The notes under the pieces were generated by a model, which saw only the letters and a program-made list of their open reading frames with translations, did no database searches and was not told the DNA's origin. A stretch of 64,000 nt of DNA from an uncultured Candidatus Binatia bacterium. GTDB lineage: Bacteria; Desulfobacterota; Binatia; UBA9968; CAXXLF01. The stretch is from assembly GCA_965218425.1 (NCBI GenBank), contig OZ244621.1, positions 192,001 to 256,000 on the forward strand, written 5' to 3'. The translations under genes were made by a program, and so were the position numbers. Positions 10,756 through 20,841 of this stretch are shown here, one piece after another; the stretch's first letter is position 1; each line of letters begins with the position of its first letter.

Positions 10756-11178
10756 CTAATCGCCCAGCATAGCTACAGCCTCTACTCCGATCAAGAACTC
10801 AGGATGCGCTAGCTCTTGCACAATCACCTGCGTACTGATCGGACGGTATTTTGGGAAGAATTCTACTCGCACACGTCGCTTTGCCGGTGCGCAGTCCCGA
10901 CTTGTAAGGTAGGTAACGATCTTGACAATGTCGCTGAGGCCACCCCCGGCACCACGAATTGCCGTCTCTAGGTTTGCATGTGCCTGGCGGGCCTCAGCCT
11001 CAGGATCGTTTTTTCCGACAACATTGGAATACCGGTCTATAGCCGCTTGCCCCGCGATCCATACTATACGCCCCGCATTGATCACCTGGGTGTAACCTCG
11101 CGGCAATGTCAATTCCTCAGGACAAATGTACTCCTGACCCAGCACATGCCCTCCTACCGATTGATAGTGATATCGCAC
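10756..11178 (-). CDS. RidA/YjgF family protein
   Basis: IAGQ, DIVKIVTYL, RPISTQV...LAHPEFLIGVEAVA. Confidence 0.88.
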   Translation of the reverse strand: MRYHYQSVGGHVLGQEYICPEELTLPRGYTQVINAGRIVWIAGQAAIDRYSNVVGKNDPEAEARQAHANLETAIRGAGGGLSDIVKIVTYLTSRDCAPAKRRVRVEFFPKYRPISTQVIVQELAHPEFLIGVEAVAMLGD

Positions 11179-11193
11179 TTCGAAGAGGCCGCC

Positions 11194-11225
11194 AGTATAT
11201 ATAACGTCCGATTAACACTGTCAAC
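11194..11225 (-). promoter_or_regulatory. Putative sigma70 promoter for the leftward dioxygenase operon
   Basis: Minus strand TTGACA followed after ~17-19 nt by TATATACT. Confidence 0.5.
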
Positions 11226-11560
11226 AGGTGATTTAACCCCTATGCTGTCTGGCTCTGAGTTCATAAAACACTCTAGCACCGAGGTCAGAGCACTTTACAA
11301 GATCCACTAGAATATGTCTCCTAAGACCCCGCGGACGAATGACTAAATTGAGCGATTCAATCGACCGCTCAGGATGAATCCAATGACTATCACGAGGATC
11401 TACTGCGAGATCCACTCGCTTTTATTCGACCGTTGATCCGATGGTTGCTATGATGCAATGGTGACGGCGCTTACCGGGCGATGGAGCTGAAGTCATCGTT
11501 TCAGTTTTAACCAAGAAATGCCCCGAAGAGTGCAAAATACGATGGCCCAATACTAATGAC

Positions 11561-11589
11561 TTGACAGGACCTTTTGATTAGTCTTTAAT
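11561..11589 (+). promoter_or_regulatory. Putative sigma70 promoter for the extradiol dioxygenase/hydrolase operon
   Basis: TTGACA-N17-TTTAAT. Confidence 0.55.
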
Positions 11590-11714
11590 CCGCGCGGAAT
11601 ACGGAATTATGGCACCCGAATATCATTCATCTACCAAAACAGAGGTCAAGAGAACTTTAGAAGAGGGCTTGGAAGGTCTCTACTAAAACAGGGACCCTGC
11701 GACGGGGCACAGCC

Positions 11715-12650
11715 ATGGGCAAGCTGGTCTGCGCACTAACGACATCTCATAACCCATCGTTGATGGTTCCGGCGGAACGTTGGGAGCCTATCTATCAACG
11801 TTTGGCTTCCCGGCGTCTGCCTGACATCCAGACTCCGCCCGCTGAAACCCTGGAAATCAATATCGATCAATATGAGCGGTGCGTGGCCGCCCTGGAGGTT
11901 CTGAAAAGAGTATTGGCCGCTAGTCGTCCCGACGTGGTGGTGATCTTTGGCGACGACCAGAGCGAAAACTTTCACACCGATAACATGCCGCAGTTTTGTG
12001 TTTTCATGGCACAAGAGCTATTCGGCTATCCCTTTAAGGTCCTGATGAATTACCTGGGAGAGCCTCCGGGTGAACGCATGCCTATCCGTGGTCACCCTCA
12101 GTTTGCCGCGAGGGTGCTCGAGTATGGGGCGGAACTCGGCTTCGACCTCTCGTACTCGAAACACATGCCAGACAACGAATGGGGGTTACCGCATTCGCAT
12201 ATCCGTGTTCTTTATCATGTTTTGCCGTCTCCTGAGGTACCAGTCGTACCGGTGCACGTAAACGCTTATCACCCGCCTTGTCCGACACCCGCCCGATGCT
12301 ACCAGTTGGGAAAGGCATTGAGACGGATAGTAACAGAACATACGCCTGAGGATTTCCGAGTAGCGGTTATCGGTTCAGGAGGCTTATCCCACGACCCATT
12401 TGGACCCAAAGCTGGACTAATCAATGAGCCACATGACCGGTGGGTACTCGATTGCTTCAGCAAAGGTGAGGCGGATAAGTTGGCGCGACTGAGCAGCCAG
12501 AACCTCGTTGAGGCACTTGATGTGGAGCTGCGAAATTGGATTGTAGTGGCCGGTGGGGTAGGCGCCACCTCCCCGATATTTACGGAGTATGTCCCCGCTT
12601 ACCGAACGGTAGTGGGAATGGGCTTTGCGGCATGGAAGCTGGACTCGTAA
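11715..12650 (+). CDS. Class III extradiol ring-cleavage dioxygenase (LigB/MhpB-like)
   Basis: TSHNP, PDVVVIFGDDQSENF, GSGGLSH, ELRNWI. Confidence 0.9.
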   Translation: MGKLVCALTTSHNPSLMVPAERWEPIYQRLASRRLPDIQTPPAETLEINIDQYERCVAALEVLKRVLAASRPDVVVIFGDDQSENFHTDNMPQFCVFMAQELFGYPFKVLMNYLGEPPGERMPIRGHPQFAARVLEYGAELGFDLSYSKHMPDNEWGLPHSHIRVLYHVLPSPEVPVVPVHVNAYHPPCPTPARCYQLGKALRRIVTEHTPEDFRVAVIGSGGLSHDPFGPKAGLINEPHDRWVLDCFSKGEADKLARLSSQNLVEALDVELRNWIVVAGGVGATSPIFTEYVPAYRTVVGMGFAAWKLDS

Positions 12651-12695
12651 AAATAAAATGGTAGAGATTCCTTTGAACTATGGAGGACTGGTTTT

Positions 12696-13568
12696 ATGTT
12701 TGCTAAGGAATTAGAAGCTATTGCACCCTTGGAGAAGTACTATATGGCGGGGGGTATTCGTACCCGCTGCTTTGAGAAAGGGGAAGGCAGTCCCCTCATT
12801 CTTATCCACGGAGGGGGCGGGCATGCGGAAACTTGGGTACGAAATATTATCCCTCTCTCCCAGCATTTCCGTGTCCTCGCTATTGATTATTTAGGACATG
12901 GCTATACGGACAAACCAAAGGTAACCTATGATTTGGAAACATTCTCCAAACATTTGCTCGATTTCATGGATGCAGCGGGAGTTGATAAGGCACACCTCGT
13001 AGGAGAATCCCAGGGAGGACAGATAAGCGTCTTTACAGCCTATGAACATCCCGAGAGAGTAGACAAACTCGGACTCATCGTTGGCGGGATCCCATCGATT
13101 GAGCACGGTTATACTGGAGGAACCACCCAGTTGAAGGATTTAAGCAGAGAGGCTACGGAGAACCCATCCATGGAAAGCATCCGTAAGAGGATGGAATGGC
13201 TTTTTCATGACCCTAAGATGCTACCGGAAGAATTGGTAGAGATAAGACTCAGGATTTACAATCAACCCGAGTTCCGTGAACGGGTCCCCCAGGCAACCAT
13301 GAGGAAAATCTATAATCTGATTGACAAAATACCAAAAATTAAGGCCCCTATCCTCTTTTACTGGACAACGCACAATCCCACCTGTCCATGGCATGTTGCA
13401 GAAAAGGTTCACCTCGCCGTTCCCAGTTCAAGATTTGTTTTAGTCGACAAATCGTCCCACTGGCCACAATTTGAACGTCCTGAGGAATTCAACAGAACCC
13501 TTATTGAGTTTTTTCTAGAAGAGCCTGATGAGGTGCTTATAGATACTTACCGTAGGCGCTTTTGGTAA
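12696..13568 (+). CDS. Alpha/beta hydrolase, likely a meta-cleavage product hydrolase (MhpC/BphD-like)
   Basis: LIHGGGG, nucleophile elbow GESQGG, HWPQFE; follows the extradiol dioxygenase. Confidence 0.85.
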   Translation: MFAKELEAIAPLEKYYMAGGIRTRCFEKGEGSPLILIHGGGGHAETWVRNIIPLSQHFRVLAIDYLGHGYTDKPKVTYDLETFSKHLLDFMDAAGVDKAHLVGESQGGQISVFTAYEHPERVDKLGLIVGGIPSIEHGYTGGTTQLKDLSREATENPSMESIRKRMEWLFHDPKMLPEELVEIRLRIYNQPEFRERVPQATMRKIYNLIDKIPKIKAPILFYWTTHNPTCPWHVAEKVHLAVPSSRFVLVDKSSHWPQFERPEEFNRTLIEFFLEEPDEVLIDTYRRRFW

Positions 13569-13642
13569 ATGTGGATGCTTTAATTTCCAAAAACGAAAGT
13601 CACCAGCAGCCTGCTGCTTTGTCCCGGTACCTGATCCTCGCT

Positions 13643-13944
13643 GGGTCAGGGGTCAGGTAACATGAAAAAGGGGTCAAGCTCCAGCAGGATGGCGGTTGTA
13701 ACGGCCGTCAAACCTGAAAAGAGAAGACCCCATGCTTTACGTCGGAATAGACTGTCACAAACGATACGCCCTGGTAAATGCCGTTGACGAGAAAGGGAGA
13801 ACCCGGGCTCACACTCGACTTTCCAACGACGTTAGTACGGTGGAGGACTTTTTTCGCTCCCTGAACGAGCCATGCAAAGCGGTGTTGGAGGCCGGTTGGA
13901 ACTGGGGCGTGAGCGCGCAGGCCAAGCAGGCAACAAAGATATAG
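13643..13944 (+). mobile_element. IS110-family left end with truncated transposase N-terminus (ORF 13732-13944)
   Basis: MLYVGIDCHKRY...KAVLEAGWNWG is the DEDD RuvC-like N-terminus; the upstream ~85 nt matches the MITE module. Confidence 0.88.
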
Positions 13945-14017
13945 TAAAGACGTCTCGCGCCAAGCTCGGAGAAAAGAGAATTAGACGCAGACCCACGCAG
14001 ACAAAGACAGACGGAAT

Positions 14018-14113
14018 TCACCGCAGAGACGCAGAGGGCGCAGAGAACTAATTTTTAGTTTGTCGGGAGACGATGACAAACAAAAAATTGTCAGCTGGGG
14101 ACAATTATCGGAT
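14018..14113 (+). repeat. Intergenic twin-hairpin repeat with CGCAGAG units; second copy at ~25250-25348
   Basis: TTCACCGCAGAG...GTTTGTCGGGAGACGA.GACAAACAA...TTGTC...GGACAAT.ATCGGATT present in both. Confidence 0.7.
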
Positions 14114-14200
14114 TACTTCACGCCAAGACGCAACAAACAGACAGAGATAGGGACAGAATAAGAAAAGGAAAAAATTTAAGCGTAGATTTACGGGCACGGT

Positions 14201-15316
14201 TCATCCGCCGCCCTGATCCATGGGCTCCAACCTGAGGGAAACTCCGTTCTTCCCCAACTCCTGGTAATACTCCTCTCGGATCTTGGGATCCTCCTTGTCG
14301 TATCGAATTTTATACGAATAGGCGAGCGGGTCATCACTCCGCGCCGCCCCGACGGGATCGTACTCTCCCTTGGAATTCGTGCTCGCCGGCTTTCGAACCC
14401 ATCCCCTGAATGCAAGCTGTCTTAACGGGCCTTTAGCCGTGTTGAAGTGTTGGTGAAACTCATTGAGACAGGGAGCTACGACGCCATAGGGTTTTAAAGG
14501 GAACTTTTGGCGTTTCTCCGGATTCAGCTCGTCGCCCTGCTGGAACATAAGTTCATATCCTCCCCCGCCAACAACCACCACGTGAGCCCCGGCGCCGTGC
14601 CTGTGTGCGGTTACATAGGTCCCTTCGGAAACCTCCAGCAGGTGTAGCTGAGAAAGGGAATTGCCCATGTAGAGACGCGTGATGGAGGTTCGAGTCCCTC
14701 TCTCTTCCCATGAGTCTAACTTGAACTTTCTTATGTCGGGAATAAAATTGGTCGCAAAAAGGCGAAGGTTCCAGTGCTTTCCCTCATCCGCATAGAAATT
14801 CTCCATGGAATGGGAGTACCGGTCCTTGAAAATGAAGGGGTTGTCAAATACGAATTCCGGATTGTGGTACAGGTTAATGACCTGGGCCATATTGGTTCCG
14901 AACAGGATCTTACATGGCTCGTCACCGGAGCTGTTGAACTCCTGATGCCATGCGTTCAATGGAATCGCCAGCAGTGCCCCCTCTTCCCATTCCACGGTCT
15001 TTTGGGGCTCACCTTCCTGCCAGATGGTGGTGGCGCCCCTTCCTTTCATCACGTACATAATCGACTCGTACATATGGTGCTCGGGCTTGAGTTCGCCCTT
15101 GGGGGGGATTTCCACGATCTGAAGATTCACGTCTTCCTGATCGGCCATGCGGGTATAAGCGGCCTTTCCGCCCCTTCTCTCCCAATCTTTGAGTGGCAAG
15201 GCGGCGAGGTCCTTGAGAATGCTGCCCTCGTATAGAGGCACGCCCTCTCTCTCTACAAACTTCTTGTAGTAGCTTCCGACCCACCATTCCTCAAAAGTAG
15301 TTGGCGCTTGAGACAT
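14201..15316 (-). CDS. Bicupin-domain protein (gentisate 1,2-dioxygenase-like)
   Basis: EHHMYE...IPLNAWHQEFN and AHRHGAG...FHQHFN cupin motifs. Confidence 0.8.
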   Translation of the reverse strand: MSQAPTTFEEWWVGSYYKKFVEREGVPLYEGSILKDLAALPLKDWERRGGKAAYTRMADQEDVNLQIVEIPPKGELKPEHHMYESIMYVMKGRGATTIWQEGEPQKTVEWEEGALLAIPLNAWHQEFNSSGDEPCKILFGTNMAQVINLYHNPEFVFDNPFIFKDRYSHSMENFYADEGKHWNLRLFATNFIPDIRKFKLDSWEERGTRTSITRLYMGNSLSQLHLLEVSEGTYVTAHRHGAGAHVVVVGGGGYELMFQQGDELNPEKRQKFPLKPYGVVAPCLNEFHQHFNTAKGPLRQLAFRGWVRKPASTNSKGEYDPVGAARSDDPLAYSYKIRYDKEDPKIREEYYQELGKNGVSLRLEPMDQGGG

Positions 15317-15497
15317 GAATTCCTTACCCTGTATATGAAAAGTTAAGCTGGTTCGACACTGCTTAAAAAAAAGAGCGCTGATGACTCAGACCGTTGGAAT
15401 CAGTACAAGCGCTTCGGGCTTGTTTATTTGATTCCCCGATTCTTGTCAACTCGATGGCTGACGGCTGGGGTCTTTAATTCCTATTGTCAAATTGAAC

Positions 15498-15782
15498 GGG
15501 TCCGGAGTCGGGCACGCCTTTTTGCTATTCTGGGCTTCCTTCCCTTTCGGGTTCCAGCCTGTATTGCGCCGATTCTCTTTTGGAACCGCCTGTCCGTTTG
15601 GTCTCGGTCCACCAAAACATGGATGCGGTTCTTTCCCGTCGATTGCATTTACCTGGGCGGATCGTTTGTGATGGTCTATCCCGACGTAAAGCATGGGGTC
15701 TTCTCCTTTCAGGTTTGACGGCCGTTACAACCGCCATCCTACTGGAGCTTGACCCCTTTTTCATGTTACCCGACCCTGATCC
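15498..15782 (-). mobile_element. Full-length IS110-derived MITE-like repeat
   Basis: Contains MLYVGIDHHKRS codons and both terminal modules. Confidence 0.85.
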
Positions 15783-15875
15783 GATGCCGCAGAGAACAGC
15801 CCCACCAACTTGGTGACCCCAATAGGGGATATCGCCAGTACATTGCAGCCCGCATGCCTCCTGTGGCAATCGGCC

Positions 15876-16265
15876 CTAGCCGCCATCCATGATCTTCCTG
15901 ACCTTGAGCCAGTCGTGGTCGTACGTCACCCGCTGTTCGTAGATGTACGCCCTTGCGGCCTTCACGAATTCGTCGCGACGGTTCCGAAGCTGGTCCGCTG
16001 GCAACCCGGGCGCCGGGTCCCAATCGCGCTTGACGCTGTTGCACAGTCGGCAACTCAAGATCCAGTTGTCGGGACAGTCTACCAATTGGGGATGCTGCGC
16101 CCTTGGCAGCAGATGGTCCATTTCGCCGACCGCGTATCCCAAGCGGTCGTGCAGCAGGTCAGGTCCACAGTATTCGCAACGCCCGCCCGCTCTCACGAAC
16201 GCAGTGGCGGTGTGTTTATGCCACCCGCATTGCACCAAGCTTCCGATTTTCTCGTCGTCCGTCAT
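15876..16265 (-). CDS. HNH endonuclease
   Basis: RCEYC...EMDHLLP...DNWILSCRLCNSVK (zinc-binding HNH); ATG at 16265 preceded by a GAGGGGG RBS. Confidence 0.9.
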   Translation of the reverse strand: MTDDEKIGSLVQCGWHKHTATAFVRAGGRCEYCGPDLLHDRLGYAVGEMDHLLPRAQHPQLVDCPDNWILSCRLCNSVKRDWDPAPGLPADQLRNRRDEFVKAARAYIYEQRVTYDHDWLKVRKIMDGG

Positions 16266-16289
16266 TCGTAGCCCCCTCACGTCCGTCCA

Positions 16290-16399
16290 GTTTCAATCCT
16301 CACCGGCCCGTTAAGGCCGGTGCTACCCGGAGACTTACACTCCGAACAAATAGGGCAGGAAGGTTTCAATCCTCACCGGCCCGTTAAGGTCGGTGCTAT
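16290..16399 (-). CRISPR. Minimal CRISPR array (2 x 37-bp repeats, one 36-bp spacer), type I-C associated
   Basis: Repeats at 16290-16326 and 16363-16399, minus strand GTAGCACCGGCCTTAACGGGCCGGTGAGGATTGAAAC, with an 8-bp stem and ATTGAAAC end. Confidence 0.9.
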
Positions 16400-16696
16400 T
16401 CGGCGCTGGTAGGGCGTGTGGCCGTGAAACTCAACGACATCGGCCCGCCCGATCAACCCCAACTTGTGAGACCACAGAGACAGCGCCCGCTCTACGCGAA
16501 CGCCCGCCTCAACCGTATGCTCGGGTTCGTCCACCTGTCGATGAACAGCTCGGTCCCGCAGAGTGTACAGGTTCTCATCATACGTCTGTTCCATGTGGAT
16601 CAAGGCGCACTGGCGTGGACAATAGCTGTAGTGCTCCAGAGCGGAGATCATGATGAGGTCGTCATCCGACCAATCTGTTAGTGCTGCGTTACCCAT
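16400..16696 (-). pseudogene. cas4: 3'-truncated cas4
   Basis: ISALEHYSYCPRQCALIH...LGLIGRADVVEF..TPY, then runs into the CRISPR repeat before the EYK motif and C-terminal cysteines. Confidence 0.88.
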
Positions 16697-16700
16697 ACGT

Positions 16701-17585
16701 TCACCCCACCAGTGAGCTTAATGTCACGCCGCTGGGAAAGTCTCCTTTACTTGCCGAGACGCGATAATCATCAAAATCGCGCGGCACGATCACGCCTTCT
16801 TTCAGTTTAGGCTGAATACGTGCGAAAAGGTCATGTGCAGGTGCATTGCCCAGTTGCGAATCATGTTTGAAGACGTACAGACCGCGTGTTGCCATCTCTC
16901 CGCGTGCGGCGGAGCGATCGTGTTCAAACATGTTGGTGAGCGCTTCCCACAGTAGCATGAGATCATCGTCGGAGAAGCCGGTTTGCGCTGCCAGATGCGA
17001 TGACACAAAACCATGCGCTACGTAAAGGCCGTAAGGCACTGTGTGTTTACGACCCATGGTTCGATTATCTCCCTCTTGTTTTTCGGCTTCTGCTTCCGTT
17101 GTCACTGCCATACGGGTGATCGAATGTTCCTGCGCAACGATGGGATCAACCGAACGCGCAAACGTCAGCTGGACCGGTCCTCGTACTTGACCGCAGTTTA
17201 CACTCATTGCCATTACTGCTCCGAAAGACCGGACGTCGTAAAAATTCTTGCACATCCAGGCGCGCGCTTCGTTAACCTTGTCACCGCCTTTACGTTTTTT
17301 ATCGTCGCCCTTGAGCGCGTCACTGGCGCCGATAGCCTTATAGGCGCGTTTGTGCTGATCGTTGAGGATTGCTTTCTCTTTCACGTAAATTTCAAATGGC
17401 GGCTGCTCTGCCTTCACTATGCCAACGTAATTGCGGACCTTGCGTTTCAAACTCACGTCGGTCACGAGCCCGCGCCCGGTCTCGGCATCGACACGGGGAA
17501 GATTACCCGCGTCCGGATCACCATTGGGGTTGCCGTCTTTCACATCGAACAACAAGACGAAGTCGTACCGATTCTCAATTGCCAT
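16701..17585 (-). CDS. cas7c: Type I-C Cas7/Csd2
   Basis: [47 protein letters not shown]. Confidence 0.97.
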   Translation of the reverse strand: MAIENRYDFVLLFDVKDGNPNGDPDAGNLPRVDAETGRGLVTDVSLKRKVRNYVGIVKAEQPPFEIYVKEKAILNDQHKRAYKAIGASDALKGDDKKRKGGDKVNEARAWMCKNFYDVRSFGAVMAMSVNCGQVRGPVQLTFARSVDPIVAQEHSITRMAVTTEAEAEKQEGDNRTMGRKHTVPYGLYVAHGFVSSHLAAQTGFSDDDLMLLWEALTNMFEHDRSAARGEMATRGLYVFKHDSQLGNAPAHDLFARIQPKLKEGVIVPRDFDDYRVSASKGDFPSGVTLSSLVG

Positions 17586-17587
17586 GA

Positions 17588-17962
17588 TTATGCTGCTTGC
17601 GATGAGGTTGATTCAATTTTTTGGAAAAAATTTTGCCGCTGGTGATAATAGCCGATGGCGAAGCGGCCCTGGTCTGCTAGATGCAATTGCGCGGGGAAAT
17701 CGCCTAGGCCCTCCATGATCTCACCGATACGCTTTTCGAGATTCACCGCACGGCCGCGATTCTCCAATTTAGAGAGATGATGGTTTTTCAGCTTCAGCAA
17801 GGTCGAAAACACGGTCACCGGCGTACTCGACGCTGCTCCATAGTATCGATCACGTATGGTAGCATTGATGCCGGGGTTGGCCTCCTCCTGGATCTTCTCC
17901 AGCACCGCGAACAATCGGCCTAACCGGTAGCCGACATTCATATTGGCTTCGTTCAGAGACAT
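17588..17962 (-). CDS. cas11: Cas11c small subunit, internal in-frame translation within cas8c (124 aa)
   Basis: AAAGGAGGAG RBS 6 nt before an in-frame ATG ([15 protein letters not shown]); a known feature of type I-C. Confidence 0.75.
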   Translation of the reverse strand: MSLNEANMNVGYRLGRLFAVLEKIQEEANPGINATIRDRYYGAASSTPVTVFSTLLKLKNHHLSKLENRGRAVNLEKRIGEIMEGLGDFPAQLHLADQGRFAIGYYHQRQNFFQKIESTSSQAA

Positions 17963-19369
17963 GGGTAACTCCTCCTTTATGGTATGATTTGAATAACGCG
18001 CCGCACGATTGATGAAAGCTTTGATCAAAGCAGCCCGGGAATATGTTACTTGGTGCTCGGCACGAATCCTGCGCACGGCAGCTGAGAGCAGCGTATGCGG
18101 ATAGGGCAAGCCCGTGAGAACGCTACGCATCAACTCACCTCCGAGATTCGGAGGGATATTGTCCGCCTTGCCTTGTGTCGCTACCGATACCAGCAAGCGA
18201 AACAGCGAAAGATGGGGTGGGTCACGCGGTGAGCGCTCAATGGCCAGATCGTCGAAGTGCCCCTTAATCCGTCCGGCCATTTCTGCCACCGTACTGTGGT
18301 GCCAGAAACGGATGGCGATACGTGCTGCGTTGGGGGAGAGCCCCAGCGCGAAAAATTTAGCTCGACCATCGTTGTTCTCCAACAATCCCTGATCGATAGC
18401 TTTGTAAAGGCTGGTTACTGCCTTAACGTTACGGTCTGGATCATCCTTGGGCGGCTCACCAAAAATATCGACAATTCCGGTTTCCAATTCCGTGGGTCTG
18501 TCTGCCCAGAACACTACGCTCGCATCTCCTACTTGCAAACGTTGCGGCGAACCTTTGCGGAGCAGGTAATTCAGCGCTGTAGTGTAGTTAAACGCGGCAC
18601 GTTTACCGACCGGTGAATTATAACCTTGCGATTTGTTAAATGACCGAAAGGCAGGGTTTTCTTGATCATTTACTGAAACGATTTTGGCTCCCGACGTTTT
18701 CGCATCCCACACCCCCTTGATTGCTGCATGCAGACGCTCGATTTCGTCCGTATTGCCTGTCACCAGACACAATCCACTGGCGCTCTCTACGGCTTGGCTT
18801 GCCTTGACGGATTCCACTACCGCCGGTCGCTGGCATACAAGGTCTATGTCTCCATGCAAGCGGAACGTCAAGTCTGGGTTGGTTGTCCTGACTTGCTCCC
18901 AGGTTTCTTTGCAGTTCTCCAACGCCTCATGAGGTGGACGCTTGTAAAACTCGATCACAGCACGTATGGCCGGATCATCGAGAAAATGCTCTGATTGTCT
19001 CTGGATATTCTTGACAAAAGCTTCTCGCCTATCGTTTAGCTGGTCTCGATATTCGGCTTCTTTGCCCTTGCTCTTCTTTTCCGCCAACTTTTTTTGGTCA
19101 GGGAGTCCCAGCACATACTCTGCATTTCCCCACAATAGATTTGCCGCAATGTTGACTGACTTCTTCTCGCCTTGTGGAACCAGGAACGGCTTCGCCCGTT
19201 TTCTTTTACCATCACCCTCGCGTGTGTCTTCGACCTGCGCTAGGTTTCCTTGGGTGTCAATTTCGATAACGAAAGGAATCTCCTTCCACTCGAATCCCGG
19301 CGGAGCCATGTACGCTTGCGGGTCGGCGCTTTTGCGTTCGTAGTAATCGTAGAGCGCTTGCAAAATCAT
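17588..19369 (-). CDS. cas8c: Type I-C Cas8c/Csd1
   Basis: [56 protein letters not shown]. Confidence 0.97.
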   Translation of the reverse strand: MILQALYDYYERKSADPQAYMAPPGFEWKEIPFVIEIDTQGNLAQVEDTREGDGKRKRAKPFLVPQGEKKSVNIAANLLWGNAEYVLGLPDQKKLAEKKSKGKEAEYRDQLNDRREAFVKNIQRQSEHFLDDPAIRAVIEFYKRPPHEALENCKETWEQVRTTNPDLTFRLHGDIDLVCQRPAVVESVKASQAVESASGLCLVTGNTDEIERLHAAIKGVWDAKTSGAKIVSVNDQENPAFRSFNKSQGYNSPVGKRAAFNYTTALNYLLRKGSPQRLQVGDASVVFWADRPTELETGIVDIFGEPPKDDPDRNVKAVTSLYKAIDQGLLENNDGRAKFFALGLSPNAARIAIRFWHHSTVAEMAGRIKGHFDDLAIERSPRDPPHLSLFRLLVSVATQGKADNIPPNLGGELMRSVLTGLPYPHTLLSAAVRRIRAEHQVTYSRAALIKAFINRAARYSNHTIKEELPMSLNEANMNVGYRLGRLFAVLEKIQEEANPGINATIRDRYYGAASSTPVTVFSTLLKLKNHHLSKLENRGRAVNLEKRIGEIMEGLGDFPAQLHLADQGRFAIGYYHQRQNFFQKIESTSSQAA

Positions 19370-20097
19370 CCCTGCACCTCCTCACTGTCCCAGGCCGGAA
19401 CGTTTACCGCGCCGTTCATCAAGCTCGCTCGGAAAAAGCGTGGCCTAGGACTGGCCGGATTACGGTAGTCCATATCGTACAGCATGTAGCCCAGCTCACG
19501 TGTCTCGGAGATCGGTTGCACTTGCGAGTCTTCTGGCCTCACCAACCTGAAATCGGCGGTGAATTCGCGGCAGCCTAGATACGGTTGATTGACGCACTGT
19601 CCCTTGGCGGCGCGACGCTCAAACATCGTCATAAATTTTGCCATCTGGTTCGGTTCGAGGTCCATATCGGCCTCGTCTGCGTTCACCGTTCGTTTGCTCA
19701 GATGCGGGAAGTTCGGCTTGTGCAAGCCGGGATCGCGCAACTCGAACGCGGCATGGATACGGTATTGCACGTCACGAAGAAACAAACCCGCACGCTGTTG
19801 ACGCTCGTCTTCGATATAGACGCCCAACTGACCGGCGCCGGATCTCATCGCGCTTTCGATGTTGCGCGGTGAAACAACGCAGCCGACTTCGTTGCGGCGC
19901 AGATTGATCCACTTGATGGGATTGAGCACTTCGATCTTGCTCACCTGCCAGCGTATAGCCGGTTTCCAGAGGACGGCTTCAAATATGGCACGGGCTGCCG
20001 AAGGTGTCATTACGTCATAACTGACACGCTCGACTTTCATCTCCGGCCGTGTGAAGCAAGCGAATTCGCCGCTGACTTCAAGGCAATAGGTTTTCAT
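19366..20097 (-). CDS. cas5c: Type I-C Cas5c/Cas5d (crRNA-processing)
   Basis: ACFTRPEMKVERVSYDVMTPSAARAIFEA, PYLGCREF. Confidence 0.97.
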   Translation of the reverse strand: MKTYCLEVSGEFACFTRPEMKVERVSYDVMTPSAARAIFEAVLWKPAIRWQVSKIEVLNPIKWINLRRNEVGCVVSPRNIESAMRSGAGQLGVYIEDERQQRAGLFLRDVQYRIHAAFELRDPGLHKPNFPHLSKRTVNADEADMDLEPNQMAKFMTMFERRAAKGQCVNQPYLGCREFTADFRLVRPEDSQVQPISETRELGYMLYDMDYRNPASPRPRFFRASLMNGAVNVPAWDSEEVQG

Positions 20098-20114
20098 TGC
20101 TCCTCCCTAGCTGA

Positions 20115-20660
20115 TCAAATCGCTTGGATCAGGGTTCGTCTCGCCCGCCAAAGAGCTGACAAGTGGATCGTCCCTTCAGGCATACGACGATAGAGTTCGC
20201 GCGCATCGGCACGGGAGTTGACTACCGCCGGCACAGAAGGATGTCGGCAAATGTGCTCTGTGATATCGTTCCAGTCTTGCGGTTGATGGAAGTCTTTCGG
20301 CATGGAAACGGCAACACGGTCCAGATCGCGAGACAGGGCATCCGGGTCTTTGATGATCTCACGGATGTGATCAAGACCTCGGATTGTGCGTTGAAAAGTT
20401 TGCAGCGTGCCCAGTGCCGGTTGGGTTGCGGTCGATAATACAAAGGTAACGCCGTAGTAACGCCCTAGCAGATTCATCACGTCGAGAACTGGCTGTAAGA
20501 ACTCGGTCGGCAGAAGTTGCGCCTCGTCGAGCACCACCACACTGTTCGCGATGTTATGCAACTTGCGACAACGGCTGGTCTTGGCGGCAAAAAGCGACTC
20601 GAAGAACTGGACGTTGGTTGTCGCTATCGAATGGCGCGTCCCAATTTTTCGCATTCAACG
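20115..20660 (-). pseudogene. cas3: Internal fragment of type I-C cas3 (no HD domain, no helicase motif I, C-terminus deleted)
   Basis: NWDAP/frameshift/IATTNVQFFESLF...RKLHNIANSVVVLDEAQLLP...LSTATQP...IHLSAL; about 180 aa only. Confidence 0.9.
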
Positions 20661-20841
20661 TTAGCCCCGGGGTCTTACCGTCAAAAAGCCCACGATCAAT
20701 GCGACAACTCCGGCCACTATTGCGATTACCAGGAATGCTGCATCCATTACTACTAGCGATACCTTGAAGATGAGAAGGCCGAGCCAGACAAGAGAATTCC
20801 AAATTCATTCAAGCCATGCAATGTCGCTACCCTTACGGGCG

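Noticed and set aside
20665..20810. Hydrophobic reading frame upstream of the cas3 relic (…WLGLLIFKVSLVVMDAAFLVIAIVAGVVALIVGFL…)
   Set aside because: Start-less membrane-protein fragment that cannot be assigned; not part of cas3
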